From contig JBJCIZ010000239.1 in NCBI GenBank assembly GCA_051294375.1, positions 5,467,808 through 5,531,807 on the forward strand: DNA of 64,000 nucleotides. Direction: 5' to 3'. A program made the position numbers and the translations under genes. The notes under the pieces are model-generated. The model did no database searches. It was not told the origin of the DNA and worked only from the letters and a program-made list of their open reading frames with translations. Of this stretch, positions 49,060 to 61,068 are shown piece after piece; within the stretch, counting starts at the first letter, position 1, and every line of letters begins with the position of its first letter. This stretch comes from Paraspadella gotoi (Eukaryota > Animalia > Chaetognatha).

Positions 49060-49522
49060 AAACTCACCAAGCAAAATCTGAAATTTCACGAAGCAAAGCC
49101 CCATAAGTCTCATAACTTACCTGGAAATATCTCAAAAATTCACCAAGCAAAGCCCAAAAAAACTCACCAAAGAAAGTCTAAAAATTCCCTACGCAATGAC
49201 GAAAAAAACATACTTAGCAAAGTCCAAAAACTCACCAAGCAAAGTTTTTTTAACTAACCAAACAAAGATCATAAGTTCACCAAGCAACATCCCAAAAACT
49301 CACCAAGCAACACCCAAACAACTCACCAAGCAACACCCCAGCAACTAACCAAGCAACACCCCAAAAACTCACCAAGCGACGTCCCAACAACTCACGAATC
49401 AACACACAAACAACTCACTAATCAACATCCAAAACACTCAACAACCAACACCCAAACAACTCACCAAGCAACACCCAAACAACTCACCAAGCAACACACC
49501 AACAACTCACCAAGCGACGCCC
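49060..49522 (-). repeat. About 23-nt minisatellite of the donor junction GCTTG|GTGAGT, roughly 20 copies
   Basis: actcaccaagc core recurring on the + strand through almost the whole intron. Confidence 0.9.
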
Positions 49523-49595
49523 CATGCTCTAGTAACACAGATGCAACTTCCTCATGCCCTTCCTTCGCCGCGATGTGCAATGCTGTGTAGTTGTC
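49511..49595 (-). CDS. Ank2: Exon, ANK16 (DNYTALHIAAKEGHEEVASVLLEHGASL)
   Basis: 85 nt, tag| ... G|GTGAGT, phase 0-1. Confidence 0.93.
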
Positions 49596-50087
49596 CTATA
49601 GGATCATTATTATCATATTATAAATTATTATAATTCATAAAAACTTTTTTTTTGTTCTTCACGTACTGAGTCCATTTGAACTTAAACTTTAATATTTAGA
49701 GAAGCATACAAAAACTCTTAAACGTTATAGATTAAATACTAAATCCTTCATAAAACATAAAAATAGAAAATAGTGAAACAAGTAATTTGCAAATTTTCAT
49801 AAATTCTTAAGCTTAAAACGTTTTAAAACGTTCTCGAACCTTTGATTTTACAATTTCTTATGAATTAGTTCATTAAATTTTATTAGCGGTTCTAATTTTA
49901 ACGTTTGTGTCTTTCGTTCTGTTTGTATTTTGTTTGTTTAATTTTTTTACATATTTAACGTCTTCCACCGTTTCTGTTTTAGATTAATATTATAATACCT
50001 CTTCGGGTATTTATTTAAAAAGAGAAAATTCCATTAATTCCATTAATTCTCTAACTCACTCGAACCCCCCCCCCCGCAGAACCTCAC

Positions 50088-50204
50088 CTTGGTCACGGCG
50101 TCGGGTGAGGCTCCGTGCTGCAGCAAGAGCATGACGATATCTACGTTGCCTAAGCGGGAGGCGATATGCAGCGGCGTTTGTTGTTCGCGAGCTCGCGCGT
50201 CCAC
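50088..50204 (-). CDS. Ank2: Exon, ANK14/15 ([39 protein letters not shown])
   Basis: 117 nt, aag| ... AAG|GTGAGG. Confidence 0.94.
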
Positions 50205-50342
50205 CTTTTCGTTAATATGTTAAAATATCATATCATTAATCATTATCACAATTATCAATTCGTTGTAGAAAATAAGGTATTAGGTGCTATGACTATGGCA
50301 TGCGTTATGATGGATTTAATCCGTCCTACGAGACGATAATTA

Positions 50343-50418
<76 letters not shown>

Positions 50419-50799
50419 TTAATAATATTAATAATAATAATAATTAAATGCGAGATGATAATCGTGTGTGAATACAGTCAGCAACTTTCATTGTTTATTT
50501 AAAGAGTCTCTTGATTGGTTATCAATAATTAAATAAATAAAAAAGCAAATAAACAAATAAACAAATAAACAATAATGAATTAAACCAGAAAACTAATGTA
50601 AACAAATTTAATAATAAACAAACAATAATTAAATAAAAAAATAGATATATCAATATCAACAAACAAATAAAGGATTAAACAAAAAAAGAAAATAAACAAA
50701 CGAACAATTGAACAAATTTAAACCCATAAAAAAAATTAATCTAAAAATAAAAAAGAATTTAATACTTTTTTTTTAGCTCCAAAAAAACAATTAATTTAC

Positions 50800-50902
50800 C
50801 TGCGCCCCGTTCCTCAACAGAATCCGGACGATGTCGGTCTGATTGGCGCGTGACGCTAAGTGAAGCGCGGACTCGCCGCGTACCGTTTCTTGGTCGGGAT
50901 CA
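50800..50902 (-). CDS. Ank2: Exon, ANK13/14 ([34 protein letters not shown])
   Basis: 103 nt, phase 2-0, CAG|GTAAAT. Confidence 0.93.
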
Positions 50903-52135
50903 CTGATCCGGGAGGGGGGGGTGGTGAAAGGTAAGTTTAAGGTGGACGAGTTTGTTTTTTTTAAGGGGACCCAGTGATAAAAATGATATCATAGCTTAAG
51001 GTCTATCATCAAAGGAATTTGAAATGGTAATAGTCATTAATTTTTCTTTGCACGGGAAAGTGGCAAAAAAATTCCTATCTCTTATTGTAGCGGAAACAAA
51101 AATTTAATAATTATGAAAAAAATTTAGTTGACCCTACTTAAATATTTATATAATCCATTATTTTATTTTTGCATTAGAAAGTATTTTTTTACTAAATTCC
51201 AATTTTTTATATTTTACTGTACAAAGCTACAATTTTAGGTTTAAGCCTCATTGCACAAGGCTTTACAAGACTAATATTTTTTTATTTTTAAATTTACTTA
51301 AAAGCAAACAAATCAAACCTAAATTCTATTCTTACAGAAACAAAACTGTAATAATTATTAATTAATATTCATATTCATCCCTTAAATGTATTATTAAACT
51401 ATATTGATTCTTAATTATAACAATTAAAAATTTAGCAAAAGTACAGAATCTTTCTCTTCTTTTTATATTTATATTACTTCAAAAAGTTTTATTTTCATGC
51501 AATTAACAGAATCATTTGAAAAGAAAGTTTAAATAAAATCAGTCGATACCTTAAATTTTGATTCATTCCTAGTTTTTTTTTATAAATTTTTGTGATAAAA
51601 GCTAAAAATCTTTTTAAAATTAGATCTTACCCTTTTTTGGAAAAAAAAAATTTTAAACTTGAAAAAGATTTTCTTCTACCGATTTTTTAAAGAAAATTAA
51701 GCTCGCTGATTTTATCGAATTTTTTAACTACTTTCCGAAATGATTATAGAAGAAAAAATTATATGGTCAGAACCAGCTTAAGTTTTAAGGGTCAAACGTT
51801 ATGTTTTTCAGCTTTGTACCCCCCCTGTTCACTTGGTCCCCTTAAGCGAGAGCGCTTTGTACGCGTTGGGTTTAAAGTTGGTAGAGATAATAATTTTTCT
51901 GTCATTGTCATTTCTAACTCTCTTTCTCTCTCTTTCTCTTTCTCTCACTCTCTCTCTCTCTCTTTTTCTTTCTTTCATCCTCTCTCTCTCTTTTTTTTTT
52001 CTTTTTTCTTTTTTTCTTTTCTTTTTTTCTTTTTCTTTCTTCTTCTTTCTATTTTTCTTTCTTTCTTTTTTTTCTTTTTTTCTTTTTTCTTTCTTTTTTC
52101 TTTCTTTTTCTTCTTTCTTTTTTTCTTTCTGTTTC

Positions 52136-52166
<31 letters not shown>

Positions 52167-52299
52167 CTCACCTTTATCCTCTATCTCTATCTCCATCATT
52201 TTTATTAGCCCCCCTCTAAATTCATAAACTTTTTTCCTCACAAATTTTCTCATCGATATTATTACAATTAGTATTGATTATATTAACATCTAAACAAAC

Positions 52300-52376
52300 C
52301 TGCCATGTTGAATCAAGAATATTACGATGTTCATACACCCCATGAAGGAAGCGACGTGAAGAGGCGTGAGGCCAGA
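52300..52376 (-). CDS. Ank2: Exon, ANK13 ([25 protein letters not shown])
   Basis: 77 nt, cag| ... AG|GTTTGT, phase 0-2. Confidence 0.93.
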
Positions 52377-53684
52377 CTGTAGGTCAGAAAAACGTAAGGA
52401 AGAATACGTTAATAATTCGTTACTTTTTAAATTGCTTCGTAACTCCGCATTCTTCAGTCGTCACGTCAAAAATTGTTACCTAATATTTTGGGCATATTTT
52501 TCAAAAGGGCCCCATTCCATCCTTAATTCAGATCAGGATAAAGATCAAGTTGGGGATTATGGTTTAAGATAAGATTAAGCATTCGGTTCAGAATTTGGGA
52601 GAGGATTCTAGGTAAGGGTTTAGGGTAAGTTAAGAATAAGTTTTAGGGGATTAGTGTTACGGATTTAATTTCGGTTAAGGATAAGGTTTAAAATTTTGTA
52701 AAAGATAAGCATTAAATATTATTAAAAGTTTAGGAATTAAAGAACAAAGGTATATTTTGATAAGAAAATAAAAAAAAAGAAAAGAAATATAATATAATAT
52801 AACATAATATGATATAAAAAATGGGGAAATTTTTTTTTCTTTCGTTAAATTGTAGGTAATTTATAATTTGGTTCAGTCGCTCGTTTTTGGTGAATTTAAA
52901 TATCAAATTATAATATATATATATATCAGTGAAATATATTCGCTTTTTAATAACCAACGAACGGCTGATGAAAAAAATACTAAAATATTTAAAACACTAA
53001 AGAGTTAAAACTATTGTAAAACAGTTACTTGTCAACTGTGAACAACTGTGATATAAAAACTATGAACTCACTGCAAAAAAAAAGGGCTTTATACCGCGAG
53101 AAGTAAAGCGTTATAAAGCTTTTTAATAAGTATTTTTTTTAACAATAGAAAAAACTTCACCAAAAAGAGTGAACCAAAACAAGAATCACCTCTTATTGTA
53201 ATTTTCGAACTCGCATTTAAAAAAAAAATCTTTGGAAACGGACGCCGAATTTAAAATAACGATAATAATGTCAGTATTTTGTAATAAAGATGGGGAGTCT
53301 TAAAAAACCATAGCCTGTCCAAAGTCAGCGGCAAGATTTATTAAATGAATAAATAATTTTATATTGGTTGCTCCAATTTTATAACATACAATTTTAAATC
53401 GGCCACGTTTTCTAACTCGTTGTTCTTAAATTAACTACATCAATGGGATGAAACAAAAAAAAAATTGCTTGTCTTTTCTTGCTTGTCTTTATTGTATAAC
53501 TGTATTCAATACATACACTTTCTAAGTTGGAAAACAGGAACAGAATGAACGTCATGAATTCTTTTTATTCTTCGTTTGACTGTACGACTGTACGACTGTA
53601 AGACTGTACGAACCTGAATCCTTGTGTTTCAAATTGATTTTGTGATAACAGGTAGATAGCTTTAATTGAACAATTTTTGTATTG

Positions 53685-54265
53685 TTTTTAGTCGGATCTG
53701 CTTATCAGCAGATCCCGACTCTATAATTCAATTTGTCGGTCCGTCGGTCAGCCCACTCAATCTTGTTGGGTATTCACTTATATCACGTCAGAACTTCGAA
53801 TTATGATAAATAATGCAAAAAAATTATTTGCGACTGTCTGTCTGTCTGTCTGTCTGTCTGTCAGTCTATCCGTGCGTCCCACCAAAAAAACTCCAATTAT
53901 TGTGATTGGATGGATGGATTGGAATGAAATTTTGTGTGTGGGTAGGAAAGTGTGTGATTAAGCAGGAAATCAAGTTTCGATGGAATCGTCTGAGTAAAAA
54001 TGAGTTTAAATGAAAAAAAAAGAAAAACTGTTTTACTAATTGATTATGCTTCTTTTTCTTTTTATTTTAAATGTAAATACAAGATGTTTGAAAAAGACTT
54101 TACTGAACTTTAGTTAAAATTATATTATATATGTTATGTTTTTCTTTAAACTTTTATTGATTTGTAAATGACTTGTTTAATAAAAAGTACCGTGATTTAT
54201 CATTGGATTAGCTTATTACCGCTTAATTATCGTCGGCAGATCCGACGTTGTTTGCTCAAACTTGT
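53685..54265 (+). mobile_element. Helentron/DINE-1-like non-autonomous element (HINE)
   Basis: 5' GTCGGATCTGC with nested inverted copy, internal (CTGT)n, 3' GCAGATCCGAC followed by a short stem-loop GTTTG-CT-CAAAC, T-rich flanks. Confidence 0.75.
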
Positions 54266-54781
54266 TTTTTTTTCTTTTTGACAAAAACAAATAAACCCAA
54301 TGACTACGATTGGCAACGTCAAAGTATAAAAACAAAGAAAATAGATATATATATATATATATAAACAAACTTCTAAAAGAAAACTAATTGTAAACCTATA
54401 AAAAAAATTAAAACATGAGGAAGGAAAACAAAAATCTTGAAAACTTGTAAAAACTAATTCACGTCAATAAAAATTAATATAAACCTGATTTGGAGGAAAC
54501 GAAACGAAACAACAAAGACGAAACAAAACGAAACAAAACCTGATTTAGAGCAAACGAAACAAAACAACAAAAACGAAACAAATAATAAGCAAGAACGGCT
54601 CCCTCGAAAGTTTTGCGTCGCAGTGACTTTCTTATCTTCTCTTTTCAGGTGATCACGAGACTACAATACTATAAAAATATGTCACTTAACTCGTGCTCGC
54701 GGCTCAACTAAAAACAAAGACGAAGCAAATAAAAAAAAAGAAAGAAAACGAATTTCAAACGTCGATGCAACTCGTTCTGTT

Positions 54782-55291
54782 CTATCCGCAAGATTCTCCG
54801 ATCGCCAGAGGCGCTTCTTTTCCTTCAACCGGCGGTCCCGGCGCTTCCGCAACCTCCGCCTCAGCTGCAGCAACATCCTGCGCCTTCGCCGCCGCGGCGC
54901 CACCTTTCATCCCCGTCTTTCCCGGCAACTTTCTCGCAACTTTTCCCGCCATCTTTAACGCCACGCTTCGGACGACCTGAACCGGCGTTCTCGTGACGCC
55001 GAGCGTCTTCTTATCGACGCCATCTTCTCGTGGCACCGCGAAGCCGATGACGCCCCATTCCTCAATCTCCATCGCATCCTCTTCCTCCTCCTCCAAAGCC
55101 TCCATCTCGGCTACACCCAAGTTTCTTCTCATCATTTGGAGAAATCCTCGCATCGACTCCTCGTCCTTCATGATCCGCGTCAGCTGCAGCGGCGTCGGCG
55201 GCGGGAGCGGATCCTCTTCGATCAGCAGCTCCGTCCAAGAGCCGTCGGATTGGCGGCGGGAGGCGCTGACGAGCCGTTTGGGGAGAGAGAC
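54782..55291 (-). CDS. Candidate alternative terminal exon, or exon of a nested same-strand gene (169 aa + stop, VSLPKRLVS...AIGESCG)
   Basis: aag| acceptor, phase 0 matches the upstream ANK12 exon, non-repetitive GC-rich open frame ending in TAG. Confidence 0.5.
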   Translation of the reverse strand, partial: VSLPKRLVSASRRQSDGSWTELLIEEDPLPPPTPLQLTRIMKDEESMRGFLQMMRRNLGVAEMEALEEEEEDAMEIEEWGVIGFAVPREDGVDKKTLGVTRTPVQVVRSVALKMAGKVARKLPGKTGMKGGAAAAKAQDVAAAEAEVAEAPGPPVEGKEAPLAIGESCG

Positions 55292-56646
55292 CTTATTTAT
55301 GGTGGCGGTGGCGGTGGCATAGGTTGTGAAGGGAGGAAGTGGAAAGAGGAAAAAGAAGAAGAGGGAGAGGAAGGAAAAGGGAGGAAGGAAAAAAGAAAAG
55401 GAAGGAGAAAGAAGAGAGAGAAGAAGGAGAGACGAAGAGAGAGAGGAAGGAAAAGGGAGGAAGGAAAAAAGAAAAGAAGGAACGAGAAAGAAGAGAGAGA
55501 AAAAGGAGAGACGAAGAGAGAGAGGAAGGAAAAGAGAGGAAGGAAAACATAACAGAAGGAAGGAGAAAGAAGAGAGAGAAGAAGGAGTGAGGAAGGAAAA
55601 GGGAGGGAGGAAAAAAAAAGAAGGAAGGAGAAAGAAGAGAGAGAGGAAGGAAAAGAGAGGAAGGAAAAGAGAGGAAGGGAAAAAAGAAAAGAAGGAACGA
55701 GAAAGAAGAGAGAGAAGAAGGAGATAGGAAAAGGGCGAGAAAGGAAAAGGAGGAAAAGAGGGATAGGAAAGATAAGAAGGAAGGACAATAAAGAAAAGGG
55801 GTAAAGTAAAAGAGAAAAGAAAAGAAGGTAAAGGAAAGAAAAGTAAAGTAAAGACAGGAAGAGAAAAGGAAAGTAAAGACAGGAAGAGAAAAGAAAAGTA
55901 GCGGAAGGAAGAGAAAATAAAAGTGAAGACAGGAAAAGAAAAGAAAAGTAAAGGAAGGAAGAGGAAAGAAAAGTAAAGACAGGAAGAGAAAAGCAAAGTA
56001 GAGGGAGGAAGAGGAAAGAAAATTAAAGTAAAGGGAGGAAAAGAAAAGAAGAGAGAGAAAAGAGGAGAAAAGAGGAAAAGGAGGAAAGAAAAGAAGAAAG
56101 AAAAGAAAGAAGAGAATAGGAAGATACAACGACGTCGACGACGACGACAAAGGCAGAACAAATGTGACAAATGAAAAGTTGAACAAACGTTATTTTCGAC
56201 GCGTTGTATAAATAACATTTAAGTAATATAGATAATAATTATAATACATAATAATTAATTATAATCGGTGTCCGTTTTCATCGAATGCGAGGGATTTTGT
56301 GAAAACGAGGAAAGTATTTGGGGGAAGAACAAAAATAATCAAAGATTTGACGAGTGAAAATTCTAGTTGAAAGAAAAAAACTATCAAAGAGCCAGAAATC
56401 AATACAATGTTTTTCAAACGAAAAAAGGTTTTATAATAATAAATGATTCAACCTGCGAAACAATTTCTTTGCCCAATTTTGACCTCAATTTCCAATACCC
56501 CACTTCTCCCTGCCCATAGCATACCCAATTTCATAGCATGCATACCCTCATTTTGCCTTTGAATTTGGTCCATATTCTGCTTTTTAATTTGTGTTTCTGG
56601 ATAAGGCGTTCCGTGGGCCGTTACTCCTCTTGCAGCTATGAATTTT

Positions 56647-57070
56647 GTCGGGCATTGCCTAAGTTCACCCCGCCTATAAGCATGACACTTTCAGTTGTGA
56701 CCCGGTGGCTCATTGAGTAAAGCCATCAGCTCATGACCACTAGGTACCGGGTTGGGATTGAACCCGGTACCTACCCTGCGTGGAAAACCCTCAAGAGTGG
56801 TTCCAAGCCCAGGACCCGCTCCTTGGCTGCAAGAAGGGGTTAAAGAACTTCCGGATAGCACTCTTCAGCACCACTTAGCGCATTATCAACAGAGTTCCGG
56901 GCTTAGACACTGGCTTGAGGGTTTACTACGCCCCCAAGGCGGTTTACGGCCGTCCAACAGCTTCCCGCAGGTGAGTTACCATTGGGGATCGATCCCGGTA
57001 CCCTAATGGACATGAACTTGAAGGCTTTAATGCTTATAGGCGGGTTGAACTTGTTGCAATTCCCGACTAC
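56647..57070. mobile_element. Two adjacent, oppositely oriented copies of the same 270-bp repeat family
   Basis: 56647-56890 forward; 56909-57070 reverse, ending gcttataggcgggttgaacttgttgcaattcccgac. Confidence 0.75.
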
Positions 57071-57154
57071 ACGTTTCTCATGCCACCCTAATTTCATACC
57101 CAATCCCACCCCCAATTCGACCACCTTCCCACCTCACCCCCCTTTTCTCCTAAC

Positions 57155-57277
57155 CTCCGTGGTGGCTTCAATCGACGCCCCGTGCTTCAACAGAAGTTCG
57201 ACGACTTTGATTCTGTTCTTTTTGCAGGCGATGTGTAGGGGGGTGAATCCGTTGAGGGCGCGAGCGTTGACTTCGGC
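57155..57277 (-). CDS. Ank2: Exon, end of ANK11 and ANK12
   Basis: 123 nt, [41 protein letters not shown]; GAG|GTTAGG. Confidence 0.94.
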
Positions 57278-57701
57278 CTGGGGTTGTCGAGCGGATTTAA
57301 GATGAGGAGAAGATAAATGAACGAACGAATAGATGTATAGATTAATCAATATAAATCAATAAAAAAATAGATAAATCAATCAAACAAGCAAACAATCAAT
57401 CATAAATCTATATAATAGGCATATTAACAAATAATAATAAATTATAGAGCGTTTAAAATATTGAATTATAAAAAAATTGGGAAAAAATAGAAAGATTAAG
57501 TTTAGACAAGGAAGAAAGAAAAAGAAAACAAAAAGTTGTACAATGTACAATATGCCCTCTTTTAAAATATCTTTCAAAGAGACAATCTAGCCTGCTTTCC
57601 TTTTTTTTTTCGCTCACTGGGTTCCACTCGCCGACCGAAACTCAACATCCTGTCCGAAAAGAAACTCACCAAGAACCCATCCACTCTCCAGCCGAACTCA
57701 C

Positions 57702-57902
57702 CTTCCTGTCCAGAAGGATCTTGGCCACCCTGTGATGTCCGCAATGGGCGGCCACGTGAAGCGGCGTCAAATAATCGACGGGTGACGTCATCGACAGGCG
57801 CCTGATGATAAAGGAGCAGGCGGCGCACTCGACGTGATCACCCTGGGCGCCCATGTGGAGCGGGGTCAGGCCGTTCTTGGTCTTGGATCCATGGGGCGCC
57901 GC
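57702..57902 (-). CDS. Ank2: Exon, end of ANK9 to ANK11, with apparent sequencing indels
   Basis: [21 protein letters not shown] / [14 protein letters not shown] / [26 protein letters not shown] split over frames; cag| ... AAG|GTGAGT. Confidence 0.88.
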
Positions 57903-58646
57903 CTGGGGAGGGGTGGCGGGGGGGGTGGCGGGGGAGACGGGGTTGGCATGGCATGGCATGGGAGAAAGGAAAAAGGAAAGTTTTTTTTTTTATTTTTTTT
58001 TTATTTTCGGGTCCGGTAATCTATTGTTAATTCAATTTTTTTGGATTTATTGCAATTCATTCAATAAATATTTAGGTCATTTTACGCTGTCGTTTTAAGT
58101 CATTTTATCGTGACGGGTCGTCTCTTGAGGAGTTCATGTTGTCTAGATTGGGTTGCCATTTATATAAGTAATTTTCTTCATCATTATATGTGTTTTATTT
58201 CGAATTCAAAAAAAGGTTGTCTAAGTATCTACAATAAATTCAGGCAAAAACTAGTTTTAACGTTAAAACAAGGTTATTAAAATCAGATATTTATAGCTTA
58301 AATAATAAAGAAAGGACATAGTCTTTTGAGAACAGTATTTTTTTAACAAATAAGTATTGGTAATAATTTTTTTTTCTCCGTTAGCTGATCAAAGGTAAAG
58401 ATGTCCCTTTTACCTTGAAACTATTTTATTAAGAAGAAAACTTATTTTAATATTTTATTATTTTATTTTACCTTACAGTTTGATCACTCTCACGCTATTC
58501 TAAATAGAGAGTTTAGTGAGTATCCTTCAAGGTTCCAAGCGCTTCTCATTAACTTCTCTAAATGGAATCATCCGAACTCACGACGCGACTCACTTTCGGT
58601 CCAATATCTCCTAAACCTAAACCTTACCCTCGCACTCCTAACTCAC

Positions 58647-58815
58647 CCTCTATGAGGACGTCGACGACTTGATCGTGCCCGCTCCTCGCCGCGCAGTGCA
58701 GCGGCGTGAGCCCGTCTCTCGTCGTGATTTGCTTCGAGGCTCCGGACTCCAACAAAAGGCGAACCATCGAGAGCTTCCCCCATTTCGCCGCTACGTGGAG
58801 CGGCGTGATGCCTTG
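58647..58815 (-). CDS. Ank2: Exon, ANK8 and most of ANK9
   Basis: [13 protein letters not shown]...[11 protein letters not shown]; cag| ... G|GTGAGT. Confidence 0.93.
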
Positions 58816-60207
58816 CTGCTCGTGTGGGGGTTGAAAGGGAAACAAAAGATATATGTAAATCTGATGAAATGAAATTAATTATTAAGTAAACCNNNNNNNN
58901 NNNNNNNNNNNNNNNNNNNNNNNNNNNNNNNNNNNNNNNNNNNNNNNNNNNNNNNNNNNNNNNNNNNNNNNNNNNNNNNNNNNNNNNNNNNNNNNNNNNN
59001 NNNNNNNNNNNNNNNNNNTTAAAAATAAAATAAATCGATCACGTTTCCAGCGTTGGTTGAAAATATAATTAATAAATATATCTTTCAATTATTTTTTTTT
59101 GTTTTGAAAAACTTTTCGAGATTATACATAAAACGATGACCGGTTTTAAATTTCAAGAGTGGACAGTAAAAGTAATAAAAATAATTTATTGTTTATTTAT
59201 AATTTTCTTTAATTCATGATTATTATTTATTTTTACACTACTGGAGACGGGACCGAAAACCCAATTTACGCCTAAACCAATTGTTAGTAACGTTTATTTT
59301 TCATAAATCTAAAAAAAAAACGTATACGCATTATAAATGCATTATGCTTCGTTTAAAAACCAACAAAAGATATATTTAGCAACATTTAAGATATTATTCA
59401 ACGAATTTCGTACGATTAGTGAATTCTAAAGTTTAGGTTTACAAATATCATGGAAGACGCTATGTAGTTTGTTTGTATAGCAAGTTTGTTACAACTCACC
59501 AAGTGCTACGTCTTTTGTTAAATATCAATTTAATAATGGTTTGCACGTCTAGTATCAACTTGTCCGTACGAATGCGGACCGCTCGGCAAAAAAAAATAAA
59601 CAATCTTGGACAAAAAAATTTTCAGCCAAAAAAAAAAATAAAAACAGAAGAATAGGCGATAACTGGTTCGCTATGCGACGATGCATTTTAGTATGCGGCA
59701 ACATAAAAAAAAATCACTATGCAAGTAGAAATGGCAAATTAGGAGAACACACATTAAGCGACGATTCATGCCGAACATAGAAAAATCATGGTCCCCCCAA
59801 AAAGCGAAAAAGAGTTAGTATCAACGAAGAGAAAAGCCTAAACACGATAGCTAACGAAATGCCCGAAACGAAAAAAGGAAATAAATACTTATAAATGAAT
59901 ATAATAAAAAAAAAATAAATAAAATCGTTTATTCCCCCACACCAACAGAAAAAAAAATAGTTAAATAATCGATTAATTAATTTATTTATTGGACATCAAA
60001 TGAGGAGAAAAAATGTGTATAGAAAGACATTTTGTGTTGTTTTTTTTTCATTGATTATTTGCTTTTCTTTGAAAATTTTTCTTCCTTTATGAATTTATTA
60101 AATTTATGAATTTATTTTCCCTTAATTTATGAATTTATTAATCTTATTAATTGATTCAATTATTACAAAAAAAGAAAAGGAACCCGAGATAGATTCGAAC
60201 CACTGAC

Positions 60208-60279
60208 CTCGGCGACCGAATCTAGAGCGGATTCTCCGCTCCCCTCGTTGGCTCTGGGACTATTAGGGACAGAATGATC
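60208..60279 (-). CDS. Candidate cassette exon DHSVPNSPRANEGSGESALDSVAE between ANK7 and ANK8
   Basis: 72 nt, long pyrimidine tract + cag|, GAG|GTCAGT donor, open phase 0-0, GC-rich island. Confidence 0.45.
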
Positions 60280-60383
60280 CTGAGAAGAAAGAAAAGGAAG
60301 GAAGGAAGGAAAAGAGTTATGGAAGGAAGGGAGGAAAGAAAAAAAGAAAGGTGGGGAAGACGAAAGGAAGGGGAAAAAAGGAT

Positions 60384-60467
<84 letters not shown>

Positions 60468-61068
60468 TGGAGGAGAGGAAATAGGAAAAAGAAAGTTGAG
60501 AGGGAGGGAAGAAAAGGAATAGAGAAATTAAAAGGAAAAAAGGGAGGAAAGGAAAAAAGGAAAAAGGAAAAGTGAGGAAGGGAGAAAAGAAAAGGAAAGG
60601 AGAAAGGAAAAAGGAAAAGAGAGGAAGTACAGGAGCAAAGGAGAGAAAAGAAAAAGAAAAGTGAAGGAAGAGAGAAAGGGAAAGAAAGGAAAAAGGAAAA
60701 GGGAACGGATGAAAGAAAGGAAAAGGAGAAATAAAGAAAGGTAAAAAGAGAGGAAAAATTATATAATAAGATGGAAGCAAAGTATTGAGAAAAAATCAAA
60801 GGAAAAAAAATACAAAAGAAACAACTCAAGGTTCATCGCTTTTTTTTTTTTGTTTTTGTTTTTTTTTGGGGGGGGGTGGTGGGTTTGATTCGCCGCGCAG
60901 ACGTTCCTTTGTTTTCTCACGCGATAAATATTCTATCAATTTTAATGACACCGAACGATGACACGACGCCAAGTTACATCCGGAAGACGCAATGGAATCG
61001 CAGTTACATCCGCTTTTTAATCTAATGATAAAAAGATTAAAAAAAAAAACCCAAAGAAGAAAACTCAC

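Noticed and set aside
45748-57902. Frameshifts in ANK exons (about 45843 and 57780-57895) suggesting a pseudogene
   Set aside because: Single-base, partly compensating indels in an error-prone assembly; the other exons and splice phases are intact.
59499-59548. tag|...TTG|GTGAGT exon-like segment
   Set aside because: Contains a stop in the phase required by the host intron; may be non-coding or chance.
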